Positions 8,871 to 17,312 of a stretch of DNA of 64,000 bases are shown piece by piece; position 1 is the first letter of the stretch; each line of letters begins with the position of its first letter. Under the pieces are notes generated by a model, which saw nothing but the letters and a program-made list of their open reading frames with translations, searched no databases and was not told where the DNA came from. Both the position numbers and the translations under genes were made by a program. The stretch comes from an uncultured Planctomycetaceae bacterium (GTDB lineage: Bacteria > Planctomycetota > Planctomycetia > Isosphaerales > Isosphaeraceae): assembly GCA_963816015.1 (NCBI GenBank), contig CAWFJM010000039.1, positions 34,605 to 98,604 on the forward strand. Reading direction: 5' to 3'.

Positions 8871-11594
8871 ATGCTGAAACCACTTCAGTTCACGACGCCA
8901 CCTCTCCAGACGGGGGACACGACCGTGACGACACCGCCGACCGCCGAGCACCAGCGCCTGGCCGACAGCCTGGCACGCCGCGCCGACTGGAAAGGATGGG
9001 GGCCGTACGTCGCGGAGCGAGCCTGGGGGACCGTCCGGGAGGACTACAGCGCGTCGGGAGACGCCTGGATCTACTTGCCCCACGACCACGCCCGCAGCCG
9101 GGCCTATCGCTGGAACGAGGACGGCCTGGGGGGCTTCTGCAACCGGTTTCAGAACGTTTGCATGGGCCTCGCCCTCTGGAACGAGCGCGACCCGATCCTC
9201 AAGGAGCGGTTCTTCGGCCTCTCGGGTCACGAGGGCAACCATGGCGAGGACGTCAAGGAGTATTACTTCTACCTCGATGCCACGCCGAGCCACTCCTACA
9301 TGAAGATGCTTTACAAGTATCCCCAGGTCGAGTATCCCTATGCGCAGCTCGTGGAGGAGTCGCGGCGGCGAAGCCGGAATGAGCCGGAATTCGAGCTCTT
9401 CGACGCCATCGGCGACGCCTTCCGGTCAGGCCGCTACTTCGACGTGTACATCGAGTATGCCAGGGCCGTCCAGGAGGATATCCTCTGCCGGATCGAAGCG
9501 GTTAACCGCGGCCCCGAGGCTGCGGTTCTGCACATCTTGCCCCATCTCTGGTTCCGCAACTCATGGTCCTGGGGATATTCCGACGATCGGCCCGAGTTGA
9601 GGGAGGTCGCGTCGTGCTCGGTCCGGGCTGTGCACAAGCACCTGGGTGAGCGGTGGTGGTACGCCGATTCCGATCCGGTCGCTCCCGCGCTTCTGTTCAC
9701 CGAGAACGAGACGAACTTCGAGCGGCTCTACGGCGTGCCCAATCGCACCCGCCACGTGAAGGACGCATTCCACGAGGCCGTCATCCACGGCCGGAGCGAT
9801 CGGGTCAACCCCGAGCGAGTGGGAACCAAGGCCGCGGCTCATTACCGGGTGACCGTCGAGCCGGGCAGGTCAGCCGTCGTCCGGTTCCGGTTCACCGACC
9901 GGCGTCTTGATGAGGCATTCCGCGGCTTCGATCAGGTCTTCGACCTCCGCCGGAATGAGGCCGATGCGTTCTACGACGTGGTGCACCGGCACTGCCTGAC
10001 CGAGGACGAGCGGCTGGTCCAGCGCCAGGCCCTGGCCGGACTGCTCTGGTCGAAGCAGTTCTACCACTACAACGTCGAGCTGTGGCTCAAGGGCGATCCG
10101 GCCGGCCCCCCTCCGCCTCCCGAGCATCAGCGCGTCCGGAACTTCAACTGGGGCCATTTCGCGGCGCTCGACGTCCTGTCGGTCCCCGACAAGTGGGAGT
10201 ACCCCTGGTTCGCGGCCTGGGACACGGCCTTTCACTGCATGGCCCTGGCCCGGGTGGACCTGGAGTGGGCCAAGCGCCAGCTCATCCTGCTCTGCCGGGA
10301 GTGGTACATGCACCCCAACGGACAGCTTCCGGCCTACGAGTGGGATTTCAGCGACGTCAATCCGCCCGTCCATGCCCGGGCCACGCGCCGGGTGTACGAG
10401 CTCGAGCGGGAGCTGACCGGCGCGGGGGATCCCGAGTTCCTGGAAGAGATCTTCCACAAGATGCTGCTGTACTTCACCTGGTGGGTCAACCGCAAGGACG
10501 TCCAGGGGCGCAATGCCTTCCAGGGGGGCTTCCTGGGAATGGACAACATCGGCGTGTTCGACCGCAGCCATCCCAACCTCCTCGACGGCCACACGCTCGA
10601 GCAGGCTGATGGAACGGCCTGGATGGCGATGTTCTGCCTCGACATGCTGGCCATGTCGCTCGAGCTGTCTCGGTTCGATCCCGCCTACGAGTCCATGGCG
10701 ACGAAGTTCTTCGAGCATTACATCGCCATCGCGCACGCGCTCAACGGGATCGGCGGCCAGGTGGGGATGTGGCATCCCGAGGATCAGTTCTATTACGACA
10801 TCATCCTCCGGCCGGGTGGAGAGCCCCAGCCCCTGCGGGTTCGTTCCTGCGTGGGCATCATTCCCATGCTCGCGGTCCTGGCGATCCCGGCCGAGACCTG
10901 GGATCGGCTCGAGCGGTTCCGCCGCCGGGTCGGCTGGTACCTTCGTTATCGAAAGAACCTGACCAGCAACGCCTGCCTGCTCACCCAGCCCGGAGCGGAA
11001 GGCCACCGGCTGATGACGATCGCCGACCGGGCCAAGCTCGAGGGCATCCTGGCCCGGCTGCTTGACCCTGGCCAGTTCCTCTCCGACCACGGGATTCGCT
11101 CGCTCTCCAGGGAGCACGAGGCATCCCCGTTTCAGTGTCAGGGAAACCTGATTGCTTACGAGCCGGCCGAGTCGTCCAGCCCGATCTACGGCGGAAACTC
11201 GAACTGGCGGGGACCGATCTGGTTTCCCGTCAACTTCCTGATCATCCACTCGCTCCGCGAATACCATCGCTATTTCGGCGGCGACTTCCAGGTCGAGCTC
11301 CCCACGGGCTCGGGCCGGAGGGTTGATCTGAACGGATGTGCCAGCGACCTGTCGCGCCGGCTCACGCGGATCTTCCTCCGCGACGGGGAACGCGCGGGCC
11401 GGCGCCCTGTCTTCGGCAGCAACGAGCTGTTCCAGACAGATCCATGCTGGTGTGATCACATCCCGTTTCACGAGTACTTTCACGGCGACAACGGGGCTGG
11501 GCTGGGCGCCAGCCACCAGACCGGCTGGACCGCCCTGGTCTCGGAGCTTCTGGAATGGTGCGATGAGCACGAGTCGATGAAGAACACCGGCTGA
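8871..11594 (+). CDS. Glycoside hydrolase family 63 (MGH1-like glucosidase); true start may be GTG ~8925
   Basis: WGPYVAERAWGTVREDYS, PDKWEYPWFAAWD, GNSNWRGPIWFP, GASHQTGWT. Confidence 0.93.
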   Translation: MLKPLQFTTPPLQTGDTTVTTPPTAEHQRLADSLARRADWKGWGPYVAERAWGTVREDYSASGDAWIYLPHDHARSRAYRWNEDGLGGFCNRFQNVCMGLALWNERDPILKERFFGLSGHEGNHGEDVKEYYFYLDATPSHSYMKMLYKYPQVEYPYAQLVEESRRRSRNEPEFELFDAIGDAFRSGRYFDVYIEYARAVQEDILCRIEAVNRGPEAAVLHILPHLWFRNSWSWGYSDDRPELREVASCSVRAVHKHLGERWWYADSDPVAPALLFTENETNFERLYGVPNRTRHVKDAFHEAVIHGRSDRVNPERVGTKAAAHYRVTVEPGRSAVVRFRFTDRRLDEAFRGFDQVFDLRRNEADAFYDVVHRHCLTEDERLVQRQALAGLLWSKQFYHYNVELWLKGDPAGPPPPPEHQRVRNFNWGHFAALDVLSVPDKWEYPWFAAWDTAFHCMALARVDLEWAKRQLILLCREWYMHPNGQLPAYEWDFSDVNPPVHARATRRVYELERELTGAGDPEFLEEIFHKMLLYFTWWVNRKDVQGRNAFQGGFLGMDNIGVFDRSHPNLLDGHTLEQADGTAWMAMFCLDMLAMSLELSRFDPAYESMATKFFEHYIAIAHALNGIGGQVGMWHPEDQFYYDIILRPGGEPQPLRVRSCVGIIPMLAVLAIPAETWDRLERFRRRVGWYLRYRKNLTSNACLLTQPGAEGHRLMTIADRAKLEGILARLLDPGQFLSDHGIRSLSREHEASPFQCQGNLIAYEPAESSSPIYGGNSNWRGPIWFPVNFLIIHSLREYHRYFGGDFQVELPTGSGRRVDLNGCASDLSRRLTRIFLRDGERAGRRPVFGSNELFQTDPCWCDHIPFHEYFHGDNGAGLGASHQTGWTALVSELLEWCDEHESMKNTG

Positions 11595-11745
11595 CATGGT
11601 AAGCTGGTATCTCGCTTCCCGAGATCCCGGCGGATCCTCGGGCTCGCGACCGCGTGCTGGTCCCGTCTGGACATCGTTCGAGGCAAACGGCAATGGCCAC
11701 AGTCGCCACCGATCCCCCCGCATGCAGGCCGGGCCGGAATTCACG

Positions 11746-12642
11746 ATGAACGTGATCTGCACCGAGAGCCTTTGCAAATCCTATGGGTCTCGCGAGGTCC
11801 TCCACGATCTCAGCGTGGGCATCGCCGAGGGGAAGCTGGTCGGTTTCCTCGGGCCCAACGGCGCGGGAAAGACGACCACCATCCGGGTCTTGCTGGGGCT
11901 GCTCAAGGCGACCTCGGGACGCACCTCCATCCTCGGCAAGGACTGCTGGCACGACGGACCGTCGATCCGCTCCGCGGTTGGCTACCTTCCCGGCGAGCTG
12001 CGGTTCTATCCGGGCTTGACCGGCCGCCGCACGCTCGAGTTTCTCGCCTCGGCGCGAAGCTCGACTGTGCCAGGGAGGTTGCCCGGCTTCAGTCGAGATT
12101 CGACCTCGACCTTGATGGCCGCGTCAGGAACTATTCCAGTGGCATGAGGCAGAAGCTGGGGCTGATCCAGGCGCTCATGCACCGGCCGCGACTGCTCATC
12201 CTCGACGAGCCCACAAGCGGCCTCGATCCCCTGATCCGCCGTGAGCTCTACGACGAGCTGAGAACCGTCGCGGCCGAGGGGCGGACCGTGCTGTTCTCGA
12301 GCCACACGCTGAGCGAGGTCGACGAGCTTTGCGAGGAGGTGATCGTCCTCCGCGAGGGGCGCCTGGTCGAGCAAGAGGGAGTCGAGGCGCTGCGTGGCCG
12401 GGCGCCGCGATTCGTGGAGATCGTTCTCCGCGACGAGGAGCCGGCTCCGCTTGACCTCCCCGAAAACCTCCAGGGGATCGTGCGGACCGGGACCCGGATC
12501 ACCGGCCGGTGGTCCGGCCCGATCGGGCCGCTCCTCCAGTGGCTGGCCAGCCTATCCCTCCCTCCGCGACGTGACCATCGCGCCACCCGACCTGGAGAGC
12601 CTCTTCCTCGGTTACTACAGCGGCGGAGATCGCGCGTCATGA
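11746..12642 (+). CDS. ABC exporter ATP-binding subunit (two apparent frameshifts)
   Basis: Walker A GPNGAGKTT; YSSGMRQK signature; LILDEPT; stop overlaps the permease ATG. Confidence 0.88.
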
Positions 12643-13457
12643 TGAATGCTCCCCTGGTGCAGAAGACGGTGCGGGACAACGCCCTGCTGTTCGGCTTGAC
12701 GGTCGCGGCCGTCGTCCTCTTCGAGATGCTCTTCGTCCTCGCTATGAGATCGCTGGCGCCCGAACTGAGGTCGTTCGTGGCACGGAGGGCTTTTCTTCAG
12801 AACATCTTCCGGATGCTTCTGAGCCTCGATCTGCGAATGGGTACCTCGATCAACATCCTGCTTGTCCTGGGATTCGTGCACCCGTTCCTGTTCGCAACGA
12901 CATGGGGCTTCATGATCGCGATCGGGACGAGGATCACCGTCGGCGAGATCGATCGCGGCACCGCGGACCTGCTCTTGACCCTGCCCCTTTCCCGGGGCAC
13001 CATCTACGCCAGCACCACGGCGGTCTGGATCGTGGCCGCGGCCATCCTCAGCGCTTCCGCCTGGCTGGGTCTCTGGCTGGGCAGCCTGGCGTTCCCCCTG
13101 CGTGAGCCCGTCAGCCTCGGCAAAATGGGCATCGCAACGGTGAACCTCTTGGCGCTCTGCCTGGCCATCGGCGGCATGACTTCCCTGGTCTCGTGCCTGG
13201 TCAACCGGCGTGGCGTGGCGGTCGCCATCCTGGTCGCGGTGCTCCTGTTCTCGTTCCTCGTCAATTTCCTGGCCGTCTTCATCGAGTTCTTCCGCGCGAT
13301 CAGCTTCCTCGGCCTTCTCGACTACTACCGGCCGGTGGAATCGGCGCGCGACGGGACCTGGCCGGTCCGCAACCTGGTGATCCTGAGCATCGTGGCCCTC
13401 GCCGGCTGGACCGGCGGCCTGATCATCTTCCGCCGCAAGGATGTGCCTGTGGCCTGA
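12639..13457 (+). CDS. ABC-2 type permease
   Basis: GEIDRGTADLLLTLPLSR; six TM helices; FRRKD at the C-terminus. Confidence 0.88.
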   Translation: MMNAPLVQKTVRDNALLFGLTVAAVVLFEMLFVLAMRSLAPELRSFVARRAFLQNIFRMLLSLDLRMGTSINILLVLGFVHPFLFATTWGFMIAIGTRITVGEIDRGTADLLLTLPLSRGTIYASTTAVWIVAAAILSASAWLGLWLGSLAFPLREPVSLGKMGIATVNLLALCLAIGGMTSLVSCLVNRRGVAVAILVAVLLFSFLVNFLAVFIEFFRAISFLGLLDYYRPVESARDGTWPVRNLVILSIVALAGWTGGLIIFRRKDVPVA

Positions 13458-13843
13458 TCGTTCCCTGCCATTCCGGGAGCCAGACTCCACGGGCAGGACC
13501 GCACGTCAGCCGGCTCGAGGTCCCCGGGCACAAGAGGCTGGAAATCGACTTCGGCCAGCCGATACGGGAGATCCTCACTTGAAGGAAGAGCTCTCCGGGG
13601 CCTGCCATGACCGCTCCGATCGCTTCCGTCGACTCACGGGCAACGCTCATGTCAGGCGAGATCAGGTCGATCGGCCGATGGACGGGGTCCCGGCACGATG
13701 GGAAACTCGCATCCGGCCTGGCTCCCCTGGCTGCGCGCCTGGCATTCTCGTCCGTTAGAATGGCAAGGACTGCGTCTTGGTCCGTCTCGTCAAGGAGGAG
13801 TGAGGGGCATCCCTGACGGTATCGAGGGGAACCAGGCTCGATC

Positions 13844-14572
13844 GTGAAGGTGTACTTGCTGCTGGTGAATGACAAGCGGTTCTTCTTCTACTCGGACGAA
13901 TCGGAAATCGACGAGTCCCGCGAGGAAGATCCGGCCCCTCCCTCGGGACTGCGGGGCTGGATCCAGTCGCGCTGGCATCGATTTGAAAAGGCCTTTCACG
14001 AGGCGGATGCCGGGGTCGCGCTCTGGGCCCGTCGGAGCTGGGACTGGCTGCATTCGCTGACGCACCCCGACGAGACGATGCTGGTGCGGTTCCGAGCGAC
14101 GCGGCGGATCGAGCTTCATCACCCGGCGTCCCACACGGCTGACGCCGTCGCGCGGATCTGGCAAGATTACCTGGCCCGCAAGTGGCGCCGGCATGTTGCC
14201 TTCCTGAGCTCCAACGCGCTCGTCGCGCCGCTGGCGCTCGCGCTTCTGTGGCCGTTACCTGGCCCCAACCTGATTGGCTACTGGTTCGCCTATCGTGCGA
14301 TCCACCACTGCTTGATCGTCCGGGGGATCGGCAGGGTCCGGAAGGGACGGGTGCCGACCCATTATCATGCCGAGGCCGCTCTGGACATGCCGGTCCAGCG
14401 CGATGGAGAGGGGAAAGCGCGACATGGGGCGATCGAGGGGGATGGCCATCGTCTGGAGGATTACCTGAACTGGACAAATCGGTCAAGCGGCGCGACCGGT
14501 CAAGCAAATTCAGCCGCGCCGGCGGTCTCGAAGGACGGCACCGAAGCCGCAGGGCCCGGTGACGGGTCTTGA
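13844..14572 (+). CDS. Hypothetical protein resembling the mitochondrial K+/H+ exchange-related family
   Basis: LWPLPGPNLIGYWFAYRAIHH motif recalled as similar to PF10173; not verified by search. Confidence 0.55.
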   Translation: MKVYLLLVNDKRFFFYSDESEIDESREEDPAPPSGLRGWIQSRWHRFEKAFHEADAGVALWARRSWDWLHSLTHPDETMLVRFRATRRIELHHPASHTADAVARIWQDYLARKWRRHVAFLSSNALVAPLALALLWPLPGPNLIGYWFAYRAIHHCLIVRGIGRVRKGRVPTHYHAEAALDMPVQRDGEGKARHGAIEGDGHRLEDYLNWTNRSSGATGQANSAAPAVSKDGTEAAGPGDGS

Positions 14573-14605
14573 GGAAAGCGGCCTCCTCCGAGGGGGCCAG
14601 GACGG

Positions 14606-15232
14606 TTGACGATGTCGATGTGGACCCGGATGCAAACCTGGTTCTCGACACCCGGCCCGGACAGTCGGGGCGCTGCCCACCTGGTGCGCTTCGTGGTTCC
14701 GAATGGCCTCTCGCTGCTCCGGATCGGTCTGGCCCTGGCCTTCCCCTGGGTTCCCACGACACAGCGGGGCGGGGTGGTCATCGCCGCCGGGCTCAGCGAC
14801 CTGTTCGACGGCCGCCTGAGCCGGGCCTTGCAGGGAACCAGCACGTTCGGCCAGATTCTCGATCCCCTGGCCGACAAGCTGTTCGTGGGAATTGTCCTGA
14901 TCACCCTGGTGCTCGACCGCGTGCTCTCGCCGGTCGAGCTGCTGCTGCTCGGGTTCCGCGACCTCGTGGTCCTGGCGGGATCGATCTGGTCGGTGGTCCG
15001 GCATGGCTGGAAGTCGCTCCGCCACATGCCTCCGTCGCTCCTGGGCAAGCTCGCCACGGCCGGACAACTCGGTTTCCTCGTGCTCCTGACTCTGGGTCGG
15101 GACAGGGATCACACCACCTCGCTGTTCCGGCTGATTGAGGTGGCCGCGATGGTGATCAGCGTCCTCGCGGGACTGGACTACCTTGGCCGGAAGAGATCGC
15201 TGATCAACGATCATGAGACTACTCAGCTATAA
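14606..15232 (+). CDS. CDP-alcohol phosphatidyltransferase family protein
   Basis: PNGLSLLR and DLFDGRLSR...STFGQILDPLADK signature. Confidence 0.92.
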   Translation: MTMSMWTRMQTWFSTPGPDSRGAAHLVRFVVPNGLSLLRIGLALAFPWVPTTQRGGVVIAAGLSDLFDGRLSRALQGTSTFGQILDPLADKLFVGIVLITLVLDRVLSPVELLLLGFRDLVVLAGSIWSVVRHGWKSLRHMPPSLLGKLATAGQLGFLVLLTLGRDRDHTTSLFRLIEVAAMVISVLAGLDYLGRKRSLINDHETTQL

Positions 15233-15980
15233 CATTCATAAAGGCATTGGCGGGCGAGACCGGCGCTATCGCCTCGAGCGGGTGATCCAGGTCATCGAGG
15301 ACCAGAATCCGGACCTGATCTGCCTTCAGGAGGTGGACCGGCAAGTGGCGCGAACGCGGCACGACGACCAGCCCCGCCAGTTCATCGAGGCCTTTCACGC
15401 CGTCGCCCACCTCTACCAGCTCAACGTTCGCCTGAAGAACGGGGGATACGGTAACCTGGTGCTGTCGCGGTGGCCGCTGCAGGCGCATCACCAGGTCTCG
15501 TTGCGGATGAAAGAGAGGAAACCGCGAGGGGCCCAGATGGCCGTTGTGGACAGTCCTGAAGGGTCGTTCCACCTGGTCCACTGGCACCTTGGCCTGGCCG
15601 AGCGCGAGCGGCACTGGCAGGTGCGACATCTCCTGGACCACCATTTCTTCCGCCAGGCGGCGCATCTGCCCACGCTGATCGTGGGCGACTTCAACGACTG
15701 GCGGAACACACTGGCGAAGGGTCCGTTCGCCGTTCACGGGTTTCACCAGTTGACTGCGCCGCGATCCCGCTTCCTGTCGTTCCCGGCTTACTGGCCGGTG
15801 ACGGGCCTCGACAAGGCATTCGTGCGCGGGCCTCTGACCATCCGCCAGGTCCGGATCGCCCACTCGAAGCTGGCTCGCGACGCCTCCGACCACCTGCCCC
15901 TGGTGATCGATTTCCACCTCGTTCAACCGCATCGGCCCGGCGGACACGACGGACACCACCGCGGGTTACACGGGACCTAA
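15213..15980 (+). CDS. Endonuclease/exonuclease/phosphatase family protein
   Basis: SYNIHKG, LQEV, GDFNDW, ASDHLP. Confidence 0.92.
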   Translation: MRLLSYNIHKGIGGRDRRYRLERVIQVIEDQNPDLICLQEVDRQVARTRHDDQPRQFIEAFHAVAHLYQLNVRLKNGGYGNLVLSRWPLQAHHQVSLRMKERKPRGAQMAVVDSPEGSFHLVHWHLGLAERERHWQVRHLLDHHFFRQAAHLPTLIVGDFNDWRNTLAKGPFAVHGFHQLTAPRSRFLSFPAYWPVTGLDKAFVRGPLTIRQVRIAHSKLARDASDHLPLVIDFHLVQPHRPGGHDGHHRGLHGT

Positions 15981-16171
15981 CGCCGGTTGCCCGGCGGGGA
16001 AGACCGGTCCAGGATGTGCGGCTGGCTGTACTGGTTCGATTCCTCTTCGGCGCGCGGTGACACCGCGCACGTCCCACTCATTCAGGTGGGTACGCCCAGC
16101 CTGGGCAGGAGCCAGCGATTCAAGATGATCCAGCCGGCCACGAACGCGATCAGAATCAGGGTCTCGGACAT
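15977..16171 (-). CDS. Small membrane protein: 29 aa, or 64 aa if TGA 16084-16082 is read as selenocysteine
   Basis: MSETLILIAFVAGWIILNRWLLPRLGVPT-TGA-MSGTCAV...; GC hairpin 12-32 nt after the TGA. Confidence 0.55.
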
Positions 16172-16271
16172 GCTCTTCTTCCGTTCCAGCACTTGCACCT
16201 CGCTCGGCATCGGATACAATACTCTGCGTCCATTATCGACCATATAGCCAATCAGACATAAAGTCAATACG

Positions 16272-16625
16272 ATGTCGCAGCTCATGCCCGACGACTTGCT
16301 GGAGCTGATGGCGGAGAAATTCCAGATGCTGGCCGATCCGACGCGTCTGGCGATCCTCCGGGCCCTGATGGAGGGAGAGAGGAGCGTGGGGCAGGTGGTG
16401 ACGGAGACCGGTCGGGGGCAGGCCAACATCTCCAAGCATCTCAAGCTCCTGGCCGATACCGGCCTGGTCTGCCGCCGCAAGGAGGGGCTCCAGGTGTATT
16501 ACCGCCTCGACGATCCCCTGGTCGAGAAGCTCTGCACGCTGGTTTGCTCGACGATCCGCGGTGAAGTTGAGCGGAAGATCTCGAAGCAGCGCGAGCTCCT
16601 GCGCAAGCTGAGCCCGGCGAGGTGA
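16272..16625 (+). CDS. ArsR/SmtB-family transcriptional regulator
   Basis: FQMLADPTRLAIL, QANISKHLKLL, RRKEGLQVYY. Confidence 0.93.
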   Translation: MSQLMPDDLLELMAEKFQMLADPTRLAILRALMEGERSVGQVVTETGRGQANISKHLKLLADTGLVCRRKEGLQVYYRLDDPLVEKLCTLVCSTIRGEVERKISKQRELLRKLSPAR

Positions 16626-16816
16626 GCCGGGCACGACGGGCTCGCACCGGGAGGTTCGCCAGCCGCGGAGCGGCGGCATCCAAATAGCCCAGGGGTAGAG
16701 GAAGCGGCGGCATCCAAATAGGGCGTTAGAGGAAATTGCATTTATGCCGCAAGTCCTTTGTTGATCCTGATCCGCGCTGCGTTGATCAACAGCTTGGCAG
16801 TGACCGACAGCCACAC

Positions 16817-17312
16817 ACGGTTTTGATGCCGCACGCAGGCCAGCAGCGGCGACAGGCCGGCGCCGAAAGAGCTCAGGTTGCCGTAGGAACGCTCGATCCC
16901 TCGCCACAGGCCGTAGACCGCTTGGCCGAAGGCGATACTCTATAGGGGGACATAGCGCTTTTCGATGAGCTACAATCCGAAAAGATGTACGTCCCCCTTG
17001 CCAGACAACGGTTTTGATGCCGCACGCAGGCCGGCGCCGAAAGAGCTCAGGTTGCCGTAGGAACGCTCGATCCCTCGCCACAGGCCGTAGAGCGCTTGGC
17101 CGAAGGCGATACTCTATAGGGGGACATAGCGCTTTTCGATGAGCTACAATCCGAAAAGGTGCATGTCCCCCTATGCCAGACAATCCAGGTTCATGGGGTT
17201 TCTACAGAGGAGGACGTACAGGTTTTTCGCGACTCACCTTTGCGTCAAGTCAATAAAGCGTTATGTCCCCCTTTATCTTCCCAATAAAGCGTTATGTCCC
17301 CCTTTATCTTCC
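16817..17312. repeat. Tandem ~190/175-bp duplication containing the palindrome GGGGGACATAGCGCTTTTCG..CGAAAAG..GTCCCCCT, followed by a 2x31-bp tandem
   Basis: Units 16817-17007 and 17008-~17183; CAATAAAGCGTTATGTCCCCCTTTATCTTCC twice at 17251-17312. Confidence 0.85.

Noticed and set aside
9870-11777. Long antisense ORFs (also 35107-36921, 50042-51724, 52503-53990)
   Set aside because: Shadow frames of real genes in high-GC DNA with no recognisable motifs
11772-13457. 561-aa ATPase-permease fusion ORF
   Set aside because: Produced by frameshifts; the ATPase ends at 12642, overlapping the permease ATG at 12639
16660-16800. GCGGCGGCATCCAAATAG direct repeat as an integron attC site
   Set aside because: No complementary RYYYAAC/GTTRRRY pair or integrase was found
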